A stretch of 64,000 bases of DNA from Candidatus Shapirobacteria bacterium (lineage in GTDB: Bacteria; Patescibacteriota; Microgenomatia; UBA12405), in contig JAQWEN010000001.1 in the NCBI GenBank assembly GCA_028704885.1, positions 427,999 through 491,998 on the forward strand, in the 5' to 3' direction. This document shows, piece by piece, positions 37,927-47,902 of the stretch. The notes below the pieces were generated by a model. The model was not told the DNA's origin, searched no databases, and worked only from the letters and a program-made list of their open reading frames with translations. Both the position numbers and the translations under genes were made by a program. Numbering within the stretch: the stretch's first letter is position 1; every line of letters begins with the position of its first letter.

Positions 37927-39240
37927 GTGCAAAATATAATCCTAAACGTTTTTAAAAGTGCGTTGTATCCACCAACAGAAGATCAATTGGCGGTGATTAG
38001 GTATTTTTTTAATAATCTTTGGGTTTTAAGGATTTTTAGTTTAATAATTTTATTATTGGCATTATTTTTTTGGTATAAATTAATAATTAAATTAGCCGGG
38101 AAAAAAGTTTCTCTAATTTCTTGTTTACTTGTTTCTATATCGCCAACTTTTTATATTTTATGGCTAACTTGTCCGACTGAGTGTTTTAAAATATTTCTAT
38201 TAGTATTACTTGTTTTTGTTTTGAATAAAAATAAAAACTATTTTAGGAGATTTATTTTAATTTTGGGAAGTATTTATATAATTTTATTTTCATTTTTAGT
38301 AACAAAAGAAAGATCAAGTTTTGTGCATAAAATAGGTTTAAATGATGCTAAAAATGAAATAATAGAAAGGTTTATAGCTGAAGATTCATTAACTGATCCG
38401 ATAAAAATTCCTCTTAGTGTTAAAAGAATTGTATATAATAAATATTTTATCGAATATAAAGAATTGGTTAATGAAATTATTCCTTTCTTTGATATGGAAT
38501 CTTTGTTTTTCCAGGAAGTTCATCCAACCGAACAGAAATCGATAGTTATTTTTGTTTGGCCAGAGATTTTTTTACTAATTGGCGGAGTTTATCTTTTAAT
38601 TAAAATAAAAGATAAAAAAATTAATTCATTGGTAATATTGATGTTATTTTTTTCTTTAATAAACTTTTTATTTGATCCTTTTATTACTTTTAGAAAATTT
38701 GACTTGATTTTATTTCCATTGAGTTTAATTATGGCTTTGGCTGTTGGAGAAATTTATAAAACAAAAATATTTTTTGGAAAGATTTTTGGATTGGTAATTG
38801 TTTTTCTTTCCTTATATGGAACAATAGCTAATTATTCTGATTTAAATAAAAGACCAGATTTTTGGTTGGACAATAGACCTTATTTTTATGAATTTATTTT
38901 TAATTCGATAAAAAAAAGAGAACCAAATAATTTTGAAAAAATATACGTGACTAGTCTAGTCGGAAAAAGCGAAAGATACTGCAAATATTATCTGACTAAT
39001 TGTGATGAAAATAAATTTGTTTATGATTCGTTTGGATTAGAAAAAAATAAGCCAGGTAGAAATACAATATATGCTGGATTTGCTGGAGAATTTATTGGAA
39101 CTGATTTTAAAAATAATATAAACAAAGATTGGTTAGCTTTAATTAAAGAAAAAGATTTTACTAATATTGAGATAAAGAGTCTAAGGGATACTATTGCTTA
39201 CAAATTCGGGAACAATATAGTTGTTGGGGAGATTAAATAA
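37927..39240 (+). CDS. N-terminally truncated PMT_2/GT39-like paralog (membrane core plus C-terminal domain, no DE catalytic loop); degenerate copy or accessory subunit
   Basis: At 437 aa it is shorter than the 516-581-aa paralogs and starts with GTG. The C-terminal KIYVTSLVGKSERYCKYYLTNCD resembles the paralogs' C-terminal domain. No D-E first-loop motif is present. Confidence 0.4.
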   Translation: MQNIILNVFKSALYPPTEDQLAVIRYFFNNLWVLRIFSLIILLLALFFWYKLIIKLAGKKVSLISCLLVSISPTFYILWLTCPTECFKIFLLVLLVFVLNKNKNYFRRFILILGSIYIILFSFLVTKERSSFVHKIGLNDAKNEIIERFIAEDSLTDPIKIPLSVKRIVYNKYFIEYKELVNEIIPFFDMESLFFQEVHPTEQKSIVIFVWPEIFLLIGGVYLLIKIKDKKINSLVILMLFFSLINFLFDPFITFRKFDLILFPLSLIMALAVGEIYKTKIFFGKIFGLVIVFLSLYGTIANYSDLNKRPDFWLDNRPYFYEFIFNSIKKREPNNFEKIYVTSLVGKSERYCKYYLTNCDENKFVYDSFGLEKNKPGRNTIYAGFAGEFIGTDFKNNINKDWLALIKEKDFTNIEIKSLRDTIAYKFGNNIVVGEIK

Positions 39241-40916
39241 TGAAAAATAAGGTGGAAAAAATAATTATATTAAGCATAATTCTTTTAAGTTTTTTGATTA
39301 AGGTATATGGCTTGGCTAAGTCTCCTCCGAGCGTTAATTTTGATGAAGCAGCACTTGGTTATAATGCTTATTCAATCTTAAAAACTGGAAGGGATGAATA
39401 TGGTAATTTTTTACCTCTGTCATTAAGATCTTTTAACGATTTTAAACCAGCTTTGTATGCCTATTTATCTGTACCATTTATTGCAGTTATGGGCTTAAAT
39501 GAGGTTTCGACCCGAATGGTTTCGGTTACTGCTGGAACTTTTTCTTTATTATTTTTATATTTTTTTCTAAAAGAATTTGTAAAAAAGAAAAAGCTAAGAT
39601 ATTTTATATTTGCAATATTGGCATTTGAGCCATGGAGAATGCATTTTTCTAGAGTGGCTTTGGAAGCTAATTTATCGGGTTTTCTTTTTACTGCTGGTGC
39701 TTGGTTTTTATACAAAAAAAGAAAATTTTTAGCTCCTATTTTTTTTGGCTTAGCGGCTTATAGCTATCATGGAGCCAGGGCGGCGGCACCACTCTTAATT
39801 CTTCTTTTTATTTTTGATCCTTTGAAATTATTTTTTACTAAAAATTTTAAAACGTATAAAAACTGGCTTTTTAAATTTAATTTTAAATATATTTTGTTGT
39901 TTTTAAGTTTTATTTTATTAATATTGCCAATTTTTTTAGCAAACAAAAGTAGTCAAGTTTTAACCAGGTTGAGACAAGAAAATGTTTTTTACCGATATTA
40001 TCCTTTTACTCCAAAAGAATTATTATCAACCGATAAAAGTGTTTGGTTAGACGCTGCTAATAATCCTGTCTATTATTTTTTAGGAATAATGACAGGTCAC
40101 ATGTTGAGTTATTTTTCGCCAATAAATTTAGGGGGTAGAGTTTATCATTGGGTTAGAGGTTCGGTTCAATACATTCCAGAGTTTAGTATGATTGGTTGGC
40201 TAGAGACAGTAATTTTGGTTTTTGGTTTGATTTATTTAATTAAAAAAATAAAAATTAGTTTTAAAAATAGATACTTAGTTTATTGGATTTTGGCGGCGGC
40301 GGCACCAGCAGCATTAACTTGGAATTGGTTTCATCCACTAAGATCTATGAATTTATATCCAGCAATTGAATTAGTAGTGGCTTTGGGTTTTGTTAATTTG
40401 GTTAAAATTTTGAATAAAAATTTACCTAAATCTTTAAATAAAATTATTTATTTTGGGTCGATTATTTTATTTTCTTTGTCGATATTGTTTATCATTATTA
40501 ATGAATACGGATACTCTGTGGCTTTAAATCATGGTGAATATCAACCGGGTGGATTTAAAGAAGGTATTCCATTGTTAATGAAATTACAAGATAATTATGA
40601 TGAAATTATAATTGATAGTCCTCATGCCCAGAGTTATATTTTCTTTTTGTTTTATCAATCTCTTGATCCTAAAATTGTTCAAGCTTATGCCGATAAAAGA
40701 CCAAAACCAGGAATTGAAGGAAATTTAAATTTTGATTTTTATAAATACAAATTTAAGAAATACGACTGGCCGGAGCAAAAGAATAGCTCTAAAATATTAA
40801 TTTGGACATCATCTGAAGTAAAGGAAGAAGAAATTAAAAATACACCTGGAGCCAATTTATTTTGGATACAGAATGCTAGATATAAAAAGGTAACGGCAAT
40901 TATTACTAAAGAATAA
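39240..40916 (+). CDS. PMT_2/GT39/ArnT-like GT-C membrane glycosyltransferase (paralog E)
   Basis: PPSVNFDEAALGYNAYSILKTGRDEYG...LRSFNDFKPALYAY and a C-terminal IIIDSPHAQSYIFFLFYQSLDPK. A GGGGAG Shine-Dalgarno sequence lies 12 nt upstream. Confidence 0.75.
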   Translation: MKNKVEKIIILSIILLSFLIKVYGLAKSPPSVNFDEAALGYNAYSILKTGRDEYGNFLPLSLRSFNDFKPALYAYLSVPFIAVMGLNEVSTRMVSVTAGTFSLLFLYFFLKEFVKKKKLRYFIFAILAFEPWRMHFSRVALEANLSGFLFTAGAWFLYKKRKFLAPIFFGLAAYSYHGARAAAPLLILLFIFDPLKLFFTKNFKTYKNWLFKFNFKYILLFLSFILLILPIFLANKSSQVLTRLRQENVFYRYYPFTPKELLSTDKSVWLDAANNPVYYFLGIMTGHMLSYFSPINLGGRVYHWVRGSVQYIPEFSMIGWLETVILVFGLIYLIKKIKISFKNRYLVYWILAAAAPAALTWNWFHPLRSMNLYPAIELVVALGFVNLVKILNKNLPKSLNKIIYFGSIILFSLSILFIIINEYGYSVALNHGEYQPGGFKEGIPLLMKLQDNYDEIIIDSPHAQSYIFFLFYQSLDPKIVQAYADKRPKPGIEGNLNFDFYKYKFKKYDWPEQKNSSKILIWTSSEVKEEEIKNTPGANLFWIQNARYKKVTAIITKE

Positions 40917-41541
40917 TTAAGATATCTAAAAAGAGAATTAATCCAAAATAAATAAAATTATCGACTATTTTTCTTTGTCGGAATTTATCTAATTGATAAG
41001 CAATATTTTTTTGAAAAGATTCTTTAAAATTTTTACTAGTATAATTGCTTCTAAAATTAATAGATTTGCTTTCATTATCACCATAAATAAAAAATTGATC
41101 ATTTAGTTCGTTATTGGTCGAGACTTTGATATAAAAAATATCACCTTTTTTGGAATCAATATAGGGAAAATTATAAGTAATCCAACTGGGATCACCAATA
41201 CTGAGTCCTGATGTTTCCAATGAATTAATGGTATTTTTATCCTTATCCTGCAGTTCAATGCTAACCATCTTACTTTGACTTTGGGTTTCAATTTCTATTT
41301 GACTTTTGTTAATAATTCCAGGATTTTTTAATAAGACTGAAATTGAACGAAGATTGTCATAATCGGCTATAAATTTTTGAGTAAAACTATGATTAACATC
41401 AAGAGATAAAACGTCACTGTAAGAAGTTTGACTGATTCCATCTCTTTTCTTTATTAAAATTGACGGCAAAATTATTAGCAAAGAAGAGAAAAATAATAAT
41501 TCACCGATTATTAAGATAAATAATTTATTTCTTTTTGGCAT
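40906..41541 (-). CDS. Membrane-anchored hypothetical protein (N- and C-terminal hydrophobic segments)
   Basis: N-terminus LFILIIGELLFFSSLLIILPSILI, with no recognisable motif. Supported only as an ORF in an operon context. Confidence 0.3.
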   Translation of the reverse strand: MPKRNKLFILIIGELLFFSSLLIILPSILIKKRDGISQTSYSDVLSLDVNHSFTQKFIADYDNLRSISVLLKNPGIINKSQIEIETQSQSKMVSIELQDKDKNTINSLETSGLSIGDPSWITYNFPYIDSKKGDIFYIKVSTNNELNDQFFIYGDNESKSINFRSNYTSKNFKESFQKNIAYQLDKFRQRKIVDNFIYFGLILFLDILIIL

Positions 41542-42718
41542 AAAAAAATGAACCGATGATACCTAATAAAAGGAGTATTTGATGAATCTGCTGTTGTAAA
41601 AGAGATGGATTAATTGACGTTTTTAATTTGATTAATTGAAAAGGTGAAGTAATATCAATAAAGGCTGAATCGATTGGAATTAAATGGCCCCAAAAAAGGA
41701 AATTATCATTAAAGAGAAAAATATAAATGTAAATTAAAATAAAAAATAATATTAAATATAATTTATTAAAAATTTTAGAATTGATAAAAATTATTAAAAT
41801 AAAAGGAAAAAACCAAATTAACCATTGGGGATGAAATTTAACTAAACCAATAAAAATTAAAAATGTTTGAGTGACAGCCAACTCAAATTTATATTTTGAT
41901 TTAGAGAAAATATAATTTATTAAAATTAATAAATATAAAATTGGGAAGATTGGTAAATTTAATAGTTTGTATTCTAATATTTTTTGAGTTAGACCGGAAC
42001 CTAAAAATGAACTAATAAAAGTGTTTTGGTTTATAAAAGGAATAACTGTAATAATTAATGGTATTAAGGAAAAACAACAATATTTTAAGTGTTTTAAAAT
42101 GTTTTTCGGTTCATAAAAAAAGATAAATGCAACAAAAATAATGGGATACATTTTTAAGGCAATTGCCAGACCAATTGATAGATAAGAAAAAAGTAATTTT
42201 TGTTTTCTTAAGAAATAAAAAGAAAGAACTGTTAAAAAAGTCGGCAGAATATCGAAATTTCCCAAGACATATATCAAATAAATGGAAATAGGATTAAACA
42301 GCCAAAAATAAAAAATTTTTGAATTATTAAAAATTTTTAAAAGTAAAATAGCTAGGCCAATATCTAAAATAAGATAGGGAATCTTAAGTAAAAACATATA
42401 ATAGATAATATTAATGTAGTTGTTTTTATTTTCACCCCAGTCATTTAACCAAAGATAAAAATCGTTACCTAGAAATGGTTTAGTAATGGCTTGGGTGATA
42501 CCAAAAGTGTAATAAGTTAGAGGTAAATAATTAAAAGTGTCTTTGTAGCCTAAGGTTGATTTATTTTGAGAAAGATATTCATAAATATTAAAAATTCCAC
42601 GAGATAAAAATTGAAAATGATAATGCTGTGACTTAATATCAGGATGATAAAAAAAAGGCATTATTAAAACACGAATCAAAATTGCCAAGAACAATATTTT
42701 TTTATATTTTGACAGCAC
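41525..42718 (-). CDS. Polytopic membrane protein, HxD-motif family member 1 (putative GT-C; motif reminiscent of the GT22 HxDE motif)
   Basis: After TM1 comes FFYHPDIKS. Shared downstream motifs are LKIPYLILDIGLAILL, LFNPISIYL and LKMYPII. It is paralogous to 45833-47143 and 59790-61001. Confidence 0.45.
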   Translation of the reverse strand: MLSKYKKILFLAILIRVLIMPFFYHPDIKSQHYHFQFLSRGIFNIYEYLSQNKSTLGYKDTFNYLPLTYYTFGITQAITKPFLGNDFYLWLNDWGENKNNYINIIYYMFLLKIPYLILDIGLAILLLKIFNNSKIFYFWLFNPISIYLIYVLGNFDILPTFLTVLSFYFLRKQKLLFSYLSIGLAIALKMYPIIFVAFIFFYEPKNILKHLKYCCFSLIPLIITVIPFINQNTFISSFLGSGLTQKILEYKLLNLPIFPILYLLILINYIFSKSKYKFELAVTQTFLIFIGLVKFHPQWLIWFFPFILIIFINSKIFNKLYLILFFILIYIYIFLFNDNFLFWGHLIPIDSAFIDITSPFQLIKLKTSINPSLLQQQIHQILLLLGIIGSFFYAKKK

Positions 42719-42738
42719 TGCTTAATTCTACCTCGAAA

Positions 42739-44406
42739 ATGTTAAACTTGACCATGTGGAAGAAAAATTATATTTTAATATTAATTTTAATTCTAGCCAT
42801 ATTTTTGAGGTTTTTTAGATTGGATTACTTGGAACTTTTTGGAGATGAAATAGACGCAGGATACCAATCCTATTCGTTACTGGAAACAGGACGGGATTAT
42901 AAAGGTCATTTGTTACCGTTATACGCTCAAAGCTTTTCTGAATGGAGAGCACCAATGATGATGTATTTTATGATTCCATTTATTAAAATATTTGGATTGA
43001 ACGAATTTGGAGTAAGAAGTTATTCAGCATTTTTTGGAATAGTAAGTATATTGGGAATTTATTTTTTATTAATGAAAATTGGTGTCAAAAAGAAAATATC
43101 TTTAATGACGGTTTTTTTGATAACTATTTTACCTTGGCATATTCAATATAGCCGATCTGCTTTTGAAGTTACATTAATGTCTAGTTTTATTATTTGGGGA
43201 AGTTATTTTTTGATTGATTATTTTAATAAACATAAATTTTATAAATTATTTTTGGCGGCTGTTTTATTATCTTTAAGTTTTTATACCTATAATACGGCTA
43301 ATATTTATGTTCCGTTATTAATATTGATTATTTTTACTGGAAGAAAATTTTTTACTAAAGAAAAGATATTTAAACCGGCCTTCAAATTACTAATAATAAT
43401 GTTTGTTTTAAGTTTGCCAATTTTATATCAAATTTTTTTTGGAACTGGAGCAGAAAGATTTAAAAAAGTTTCACTTTTTAATAACGATAATTTAGTATCA
43501 GAAATAAATGATTATCGAAAACAGCAAAATTATTCATTAGTGTCAAAAATTTTTTATAATAAAGTTGTTTATTCTGTCAGAATAATCGGAGCTAACTATT
43601 TAAATGCCTTTAGTTCTGATTATTTGTTTGGTATGGGTGATGTGACATTTAGACATTCTTTACATAAAACAGGTAATTTATTTTGGGTTTATGGAATATT
43701 TTTAATTGTAGGAATTATATTTTTTATTAAAAATAAAAAGAAAAATTTTGGAGATTATTTCATGTTGGGTTTTTTAATTATTTCTCCTATTCCGTCAAGT
43801 CTAACAATAGATGGAGCTTATCATGCGACTAGATTATTTTTGATGTTTTTTCCGTTGGCTTATTTTGCTGCAATCGGATTTTGTCGGTTATTTGAGTATA
43901 AAAAATATATTGGAGTATTTTTATCTTTAATATTGTTTTTTGAATTTAGTTATTTTCAATATTATTACTGGAATTCATATAAACAGGATTCTTGGCGCTG
44001 GTGGCATTATGGATATAAAGAGATAATGAAATCAGTGGTTGAATTAGAAAATGATTATGAAAAGGTTTTAATTGAAAATACTTATGAACCAGCTTTGCCA
44101 AGGTATTTATTTTGGTCAAAATATAATCCCCAAAGGGTTTTTTCTTTAAAGGATCAGAATAATGAAAAAATAGATGGATTTGAAGGCTTTTGTTTAGATA
44201 ATAAAGATTGTTTTGTAAATTTTGGAGACGGAATTTTTAATGTTAAAAATATGGTTAATAATCATCTCTATATGATTAGTCAGTCTTTAAATATCGGTGG
44301 TGATTGGTATTGGAATGAAAATCCACCAGCAGGGGTTAAAGTTTTAAAAACAGTAAGAAATCCAATTGGAGAACCATTGTTTTATTTAATAACAAAAAAT
44401 TACTGA
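42739..44406 (+). CDS. PMT_2/GT39/ArnT-like GT-C membrane glycosyltransferase (paralog F)
   Basis: LELFGDEIDAGYQSYSLLETGRDYKG and a C-terminal ENTYEPALPRYLFWSKYNPQ. The track start at 42682 overlaps the divergent gene, so ATG 42739 or 42754 is more likely. Confidence 0.7.
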   Translation: MLNLTMWKKNYILILILILAIFLRFFRLDYLELFGDEIDAGYQSYSLLETGRDYKGHLLPLYAQSFSEWRAPMMMYFMIPFIKIFGLNEFGVRSYSAFFGIVSILGIYFLLMKIGVKKKISLMTVFLITILPWHIQYSRSAFEVTLMSSFIIWGSYFLIDYFNKHKFYKLFLAAVLLSLSFYTYNTANIYVPLLILIIFTGRKFFTKEKIFKPAFKLLIIMFVLSLPILYQIFFGTGAERFKKVSLFNNDNLVSEINDYRKQQNYSLVSKIFYNKVVYSVRIIGANYLNAFSSDYLFGMGDVTFRHSLHKTGNLFWVYGIFLIVGIIFFIKNKKKNFGDYFMLGFLIISPIPSSLTIDGAYHATRLFLMFFPLAYFAAIGFCRLFEYKKYIGVFLSLILFFEFSYFQYYYWNSYKQDSWRWWHYGYKEIMKSVVELENDYEKVLIENTYEPALPRYLFWSKYNPQRVFSLKDQNNEKIDGFEGFCLDNKDCFVNFGDGIFNVKNMVNNHLYMISQSLNIGGDWYWNENPPAGVKVLKTVRNPIGEPLFYLITKNY

Positions 44407-45845
44407 TTTCTTATTTGAAGGTAATAATATTTTATATCTATGTTTAGATTTGTCATACCTTCAATGTAACTTCTATTGGTTAAAAGAATCGATCCTGGAG
44501 GTGGTAGTAAGTCTGGATTAATGTAATTTAAATTATCTGTAAAATAAATAGATTCAAAAAAATTATTAGAAATATTAGTGGCCATATACGGTTTTAGATT
44601 AAGTTCTTCAGATTTAGTTTTTAATTTTTTGAATGATAAATAAGGTTTTAGATCGCCAAGAAAATTTTGGGTCAATTTGCGATAGTCGCCATAATAATGA
44701 TGAAGGAAGTCGTAATAATTGGCTAGAGATAAAAATAAAACAATAAAAATAACAATTTTTTTATAATTAGCACTTATTTTTACTAAATATTGAAAACCGT
44801 AAGTGCAAATAATGGCGTAAAAAGGAATAAGACACATTAGACGGCTGGCACGATGAACTGAGTTAACAGAACCATAGAGAAGTGGAGTGGTAAAGAATAT
44901 GAGAAGAATGAAACGAGAAAATTTATTAGTTTTGATTGATTTATATATTCCAATAAAAAACAATGGCATTGAGGCAAGGAGAAAGAAACCATGATAGCCA
45001 GTGGAATGAAAAAGGAGTTCATCCCCTTTTATAAAAAGAAAAGTGAGATCGTAACTGGAAAAATAAGGATATAAAAAATTATATAAATTATCAAAAACAG
45101 GTCTGGCTCCACCAAAAATAGCACCTGGATAATAATGGTTTAATAACGGTGAAATTAAGAAAAAAGGTAAAGAGAATAGACTGAATATAAAAAATTGTTT
45201 AATATTTTTTAAGATTGGATTTTTAAAAATGTAAATTAAAGATAATAAATACCAAATCGGAAAGACAGCCCGCATGCCCTTGTAAGTATAAAAATTAATA
45301 CCTAAAGAAAGAGCGGAAACAATTAGAAATTTGATATTTTTATTTTTTTCGTAAAGATAAAGAAAATAAAACCAGATAATAGCAAAAGGTATAGTCATAA
45401 TATTGTCTAAACCCATATGACTTTGAATCATTATTAGAGGTGTGGTGAGAAATATTAAAACAGTTAATAAAGAATATTTTTGATCGAAAACTTTTCTGGC
45501 AAATTTATAGAGTAAAAAGGAAGACAATAAAGTAATTAAGATAGAACTAAAACGAAGGAGAAAAACTGAAGGTTTGAAAAGCCAAAATAAAAAAGCTAAA
45601 TAATATTGAGTAATTGGCTGTTTCCAGTCGGTACCATTATTGGCTAAAACAAAAAGAGGAAGAAATCGGCCATTTTCATCATGTCCAGTTTTTGATAATA
45701 AGCTGGCATTATAACCAAAAGCAGTTTCATCGCCAGTTAGACCCATGGGGACATCAAGTAGTTTATAAGAAAAGAAAAGACATAATAAAACAGAAAATAT
45801 TAAAGCAAATAAAATTGGGAAAAAATATTTCTTTATTTTGAGCAT
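44400..45845 (-). CDS. PMT_2/GT39-like GT-C membrane glycosyltransferase (paralog G)
   Basis: VPMGLTGDETAFGYNASLLSKTGHDENG and more than 10 TM helices. Confidence 0.65.
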   Translation of the reverse strand: MLKIKKYFFPILFALIFSVLLCLFFSYKLLDVPMGLTGDETAFGYNASLLSKTGHDENGRFLPLFVLANNGTDWKQPITQYYLAFLFWLFKPSVFLLRFSSILITLLSSFLLYKFARKVFDQKYSLLTVLIFLTTPLIMIQSHMGLDNIMTIPFAIIWFYFLYLYEKNKNIKFLIVSALSLGINFYTYKGMRAVFPIWYLLSLIYIFKNPILKNIKQFFIFSLFSLPFFLISPLLNHYYPGAIFGGARPVFDNLYNFLYPYFSSYDLTFLFIKGDELLFHSTGYHGFFLLASMPLFFIGIYKSIKTNKFSRFILLIFFTTPLLYGSVNSVHRASRLMCLIPFYAIICTYGFQYLVKISANYKKIVIFIVLFLSLANYYDFLHHYYGDYRKLTQNFLGDLKPYLSFKKLKTKSEELNLKPYMATNISNNFFESIYFTDNLNYINPDLLPPPGSILLTNRSYIEGMTNLNIDIKYYYLQIRNQ

Positions 45846-47143
45846 AATGATTTATTTTTAAAATTAAAACTAAAAATTTTAAGAGTAATTAATAAATTAG
45901 TTAAACTTATTAAACGAACAAAAAAATCTTGTTTTAAAATAAAGATCAATGGTTTTATATTTGGTATCCACCACCAATTATATACATTCAATAAATGAGT
46001 TATTGATAATATAAAAAAATATTTAATGAATTTTTTGTCATAAAAACACAACATTAAAAGAGGTATGAGAGCCGGAAAGGTATACCTTTCATGCATTCTA
46101 GTCATAAACATAAAAGTAATTAAAGTTATATTAACTAAACTTAATAATAAATTTTGAATAGTATATTTTTTATATAATTTAAAACAAATTATTAAATAAA
46201 AAATTGAGCAAATTATTAAAGAAAATTGTCGATGAGAAATTAAATTAAAAATTAATGATTTGTCTAGTCTTTGCGGTAATAATCCATAAATTAGAGCCCA
46301 AATATTCATGGCATTGGCAGTTATTTGAGGCATAGCTCCAGGTAAAATTTTAGTAGTCATTGTTTGATAAAACCAAATTAATGGGTTAATCTCAACAGGA
46401 TTAAAAGGAAAACTAATTAACGAAATACAACTAAGTGAAAAAAAAATGGTTACCATTAATTCTCTTATTTTTATTTTGTTCTTTAAAAAACAAACCAATA
46501 ATATCGGTGCCCAAATTAAAAGCGATGGTTTATACAGAACTGAAATTATAAAAAACAAGGAAGAATATATATATTTTTTTTGCCAGGCAAAATAGACACT
46601 TAAAAGAGCAAAAAAATTAACGATACTGTCTCCACTTCCCCAAACTGAACTGTTGTAAATCATTGGAGGATAAAAAGTTAATATTATGGCAATAATTTTG
46701 GCTTTTTTTTCATTAAATTGAATTTTAATAAATTTAAAACTTGTATAAATAATTAAAATATCAAAAATTATCATTGGAAATTTAAGTAAAATTTGATTTC
46801 CATTTAGAAAAAACCATTCCATAAATTTTGAAGGAAAAATTGGTATATTTACATTTAAAAACCAAAAAAAACTATGCAACAAAGAATAAATTTGTCTTAC
46901 TCCTTCGATATAAAAGATATTCAACATCGGCTGGTCTGGACGGCCGTAACCACCAAAATTTATCCAGTCATAAAAGCCTCTAAAACCGAACTCTGAAGTA
47001 AATTGTCCCCACCAATAAGTGACGGTAATATCACCATGAAAAGTCCAAGGTAAAAGTATAAATCTGACGATGAAGGTAAAAATTAAAATATGGTAAATTT
47101 TTATTTTTTTAAAAATATTTTTTGCCATTTTTGACCAGACCAA
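45833..47143 (-). CDS. Polytopic membrane protein, HxD-motif family member 2 (putative GT-C)
   Basis: LPWTFHGDITVTY, LKFPMIIFDILIIYTSF, TFYPPMIYNS and LYKPSLL. Confidence 0.45.
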   Translation of the reverse strand: MVWSKMAKNIFKKIKIYHILIFTFIVRFILLPWTFHGDITVTYWWGQFTSEFGFRGFYDWINFGGYGRPDQPMLNIFYIEGVRQIYSLLHSFFWFLNVNIPIFPSKFMEWFFLNGNQILLKFPMIIFDILIIYTSFKFIKIQFNEKKAKIIAIILTFYPPMIYNSSVWGSGDSIVNFFALLSVYFAWQKKYIYSSLFFIISVLYKPSLLIWAPILLVCFLKNKIKIRELMVTIFFSLSCISLISFPFNPVEINPLIWFYQTMTTKILPGAMPQITANAMNIWALIYGLLPQRLDKSLIFNLISHRQFSLIICSIFYLIICFKLYKKYTIQNLLLSLVNITLITFMFMTRMHERYTFPALIPLLMLCFYDKKFIKYFFILSITHLLNVYNWWWIPNIKPLIFILKQDFFVRLISLTNLLITLKIFSFNFKNKSLCSK

Positions 47144-47901
47144 ATAATAAAATTAATTAAATAATAGTTTAATGGACCGTGATATTTTTTACTGCTAGGG
47201 ATAAGACGGCGCCATTGATTATTAGAATCAGCTAATTTACTACCGCTAGCTCCATGGCGATGAATAATTTGACATTGAGGATAAAAGACAACATCTTTAC
47301 CAATTTTATTTATTTTTCGACATAAGTCCATATCCTCAAAATAGAAAAAATATTTTTCATTCCAAGCACCAATTGATTTAAAAAATGATTTACGAGTAAG
47401 AATAAAACCGCCGGAAACAGCCCAAACCTTAATTGGGTTTTTAGTGCTGGGAATATATTTAGAATATGAATTTTTTTGATTTAACCAAAATTCTTTAAAA
47501 GCATTAAAGGCTGATTGTTTTGGAAAAACTGAGGCTTGAGGAGTGAGATCTGGATTTAGAAATTTTGGGCCGATAATGCCAATATTTTTTTTATCTTTAA
47601 AATAAACAAGTAAATCATTAACGGAATTATCCATTAATTCGATATCAGAATTCATAAAAATAACATATTCATTTGAAGCTTCTTTGAGGCCAATATTGTT
47701 GGCTTTGGAAAAACCTAAATTAGAATTATTCTTTATTATTTTTATATTTTTTTCTTGGGAAAGTAATTCCACTGTATTATCTGTAGATCCATTGTCAACA
47801 AGAATAATTTCTGGATTATCTAGAAATTTATTAATAGTTTGAACACATTTTTTGGTAATTTCGGCAGTATTCCAAGTGACTATTATAATAGATAATTTCA
47901 T
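47101..47901 (-). CDS. Glycosyltransferase family 2
   Basis: LSIIIVTWNTAEITKKCVQTI...PEIILVDNGSTDNT and FMNSDIEL. Confidence 0.75.
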   Translation of the reverse strand: MKLSIIIVTWNTAEITKKCVQTINKFLDNPEIILVDNGSTDNTVELLSQEKNIKIIKNNSNLGFSKANNIGLKEASNEYVIFMNSDIELMDNSVNDLLVYFKDKKNIGIIGPKFLNPDLTPQASVFPKQSAFNAFKEFWLNQKNSYSKYIPSTKNPIKVWAVSGGFILTRKSFFKSIGAWNEKYFFYFEDMDLCRKINKIGKDVVFYPQCQIIHRHGASGSKLADSNNQWRRLIPSSKKYHGPLNYYLINFIIWSGQKWQKIFLKK

Positions 47902-47902
47902 T

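Noticed and set aside
40906-41541. Calling the 211-aa membrane-anchored ORF a lectin or carbohydrate-binding accessory protein
   Set aside because: Only hydrophobic termini are recognisable, with no conserved motif. It is kept as a hypothetical protein only.
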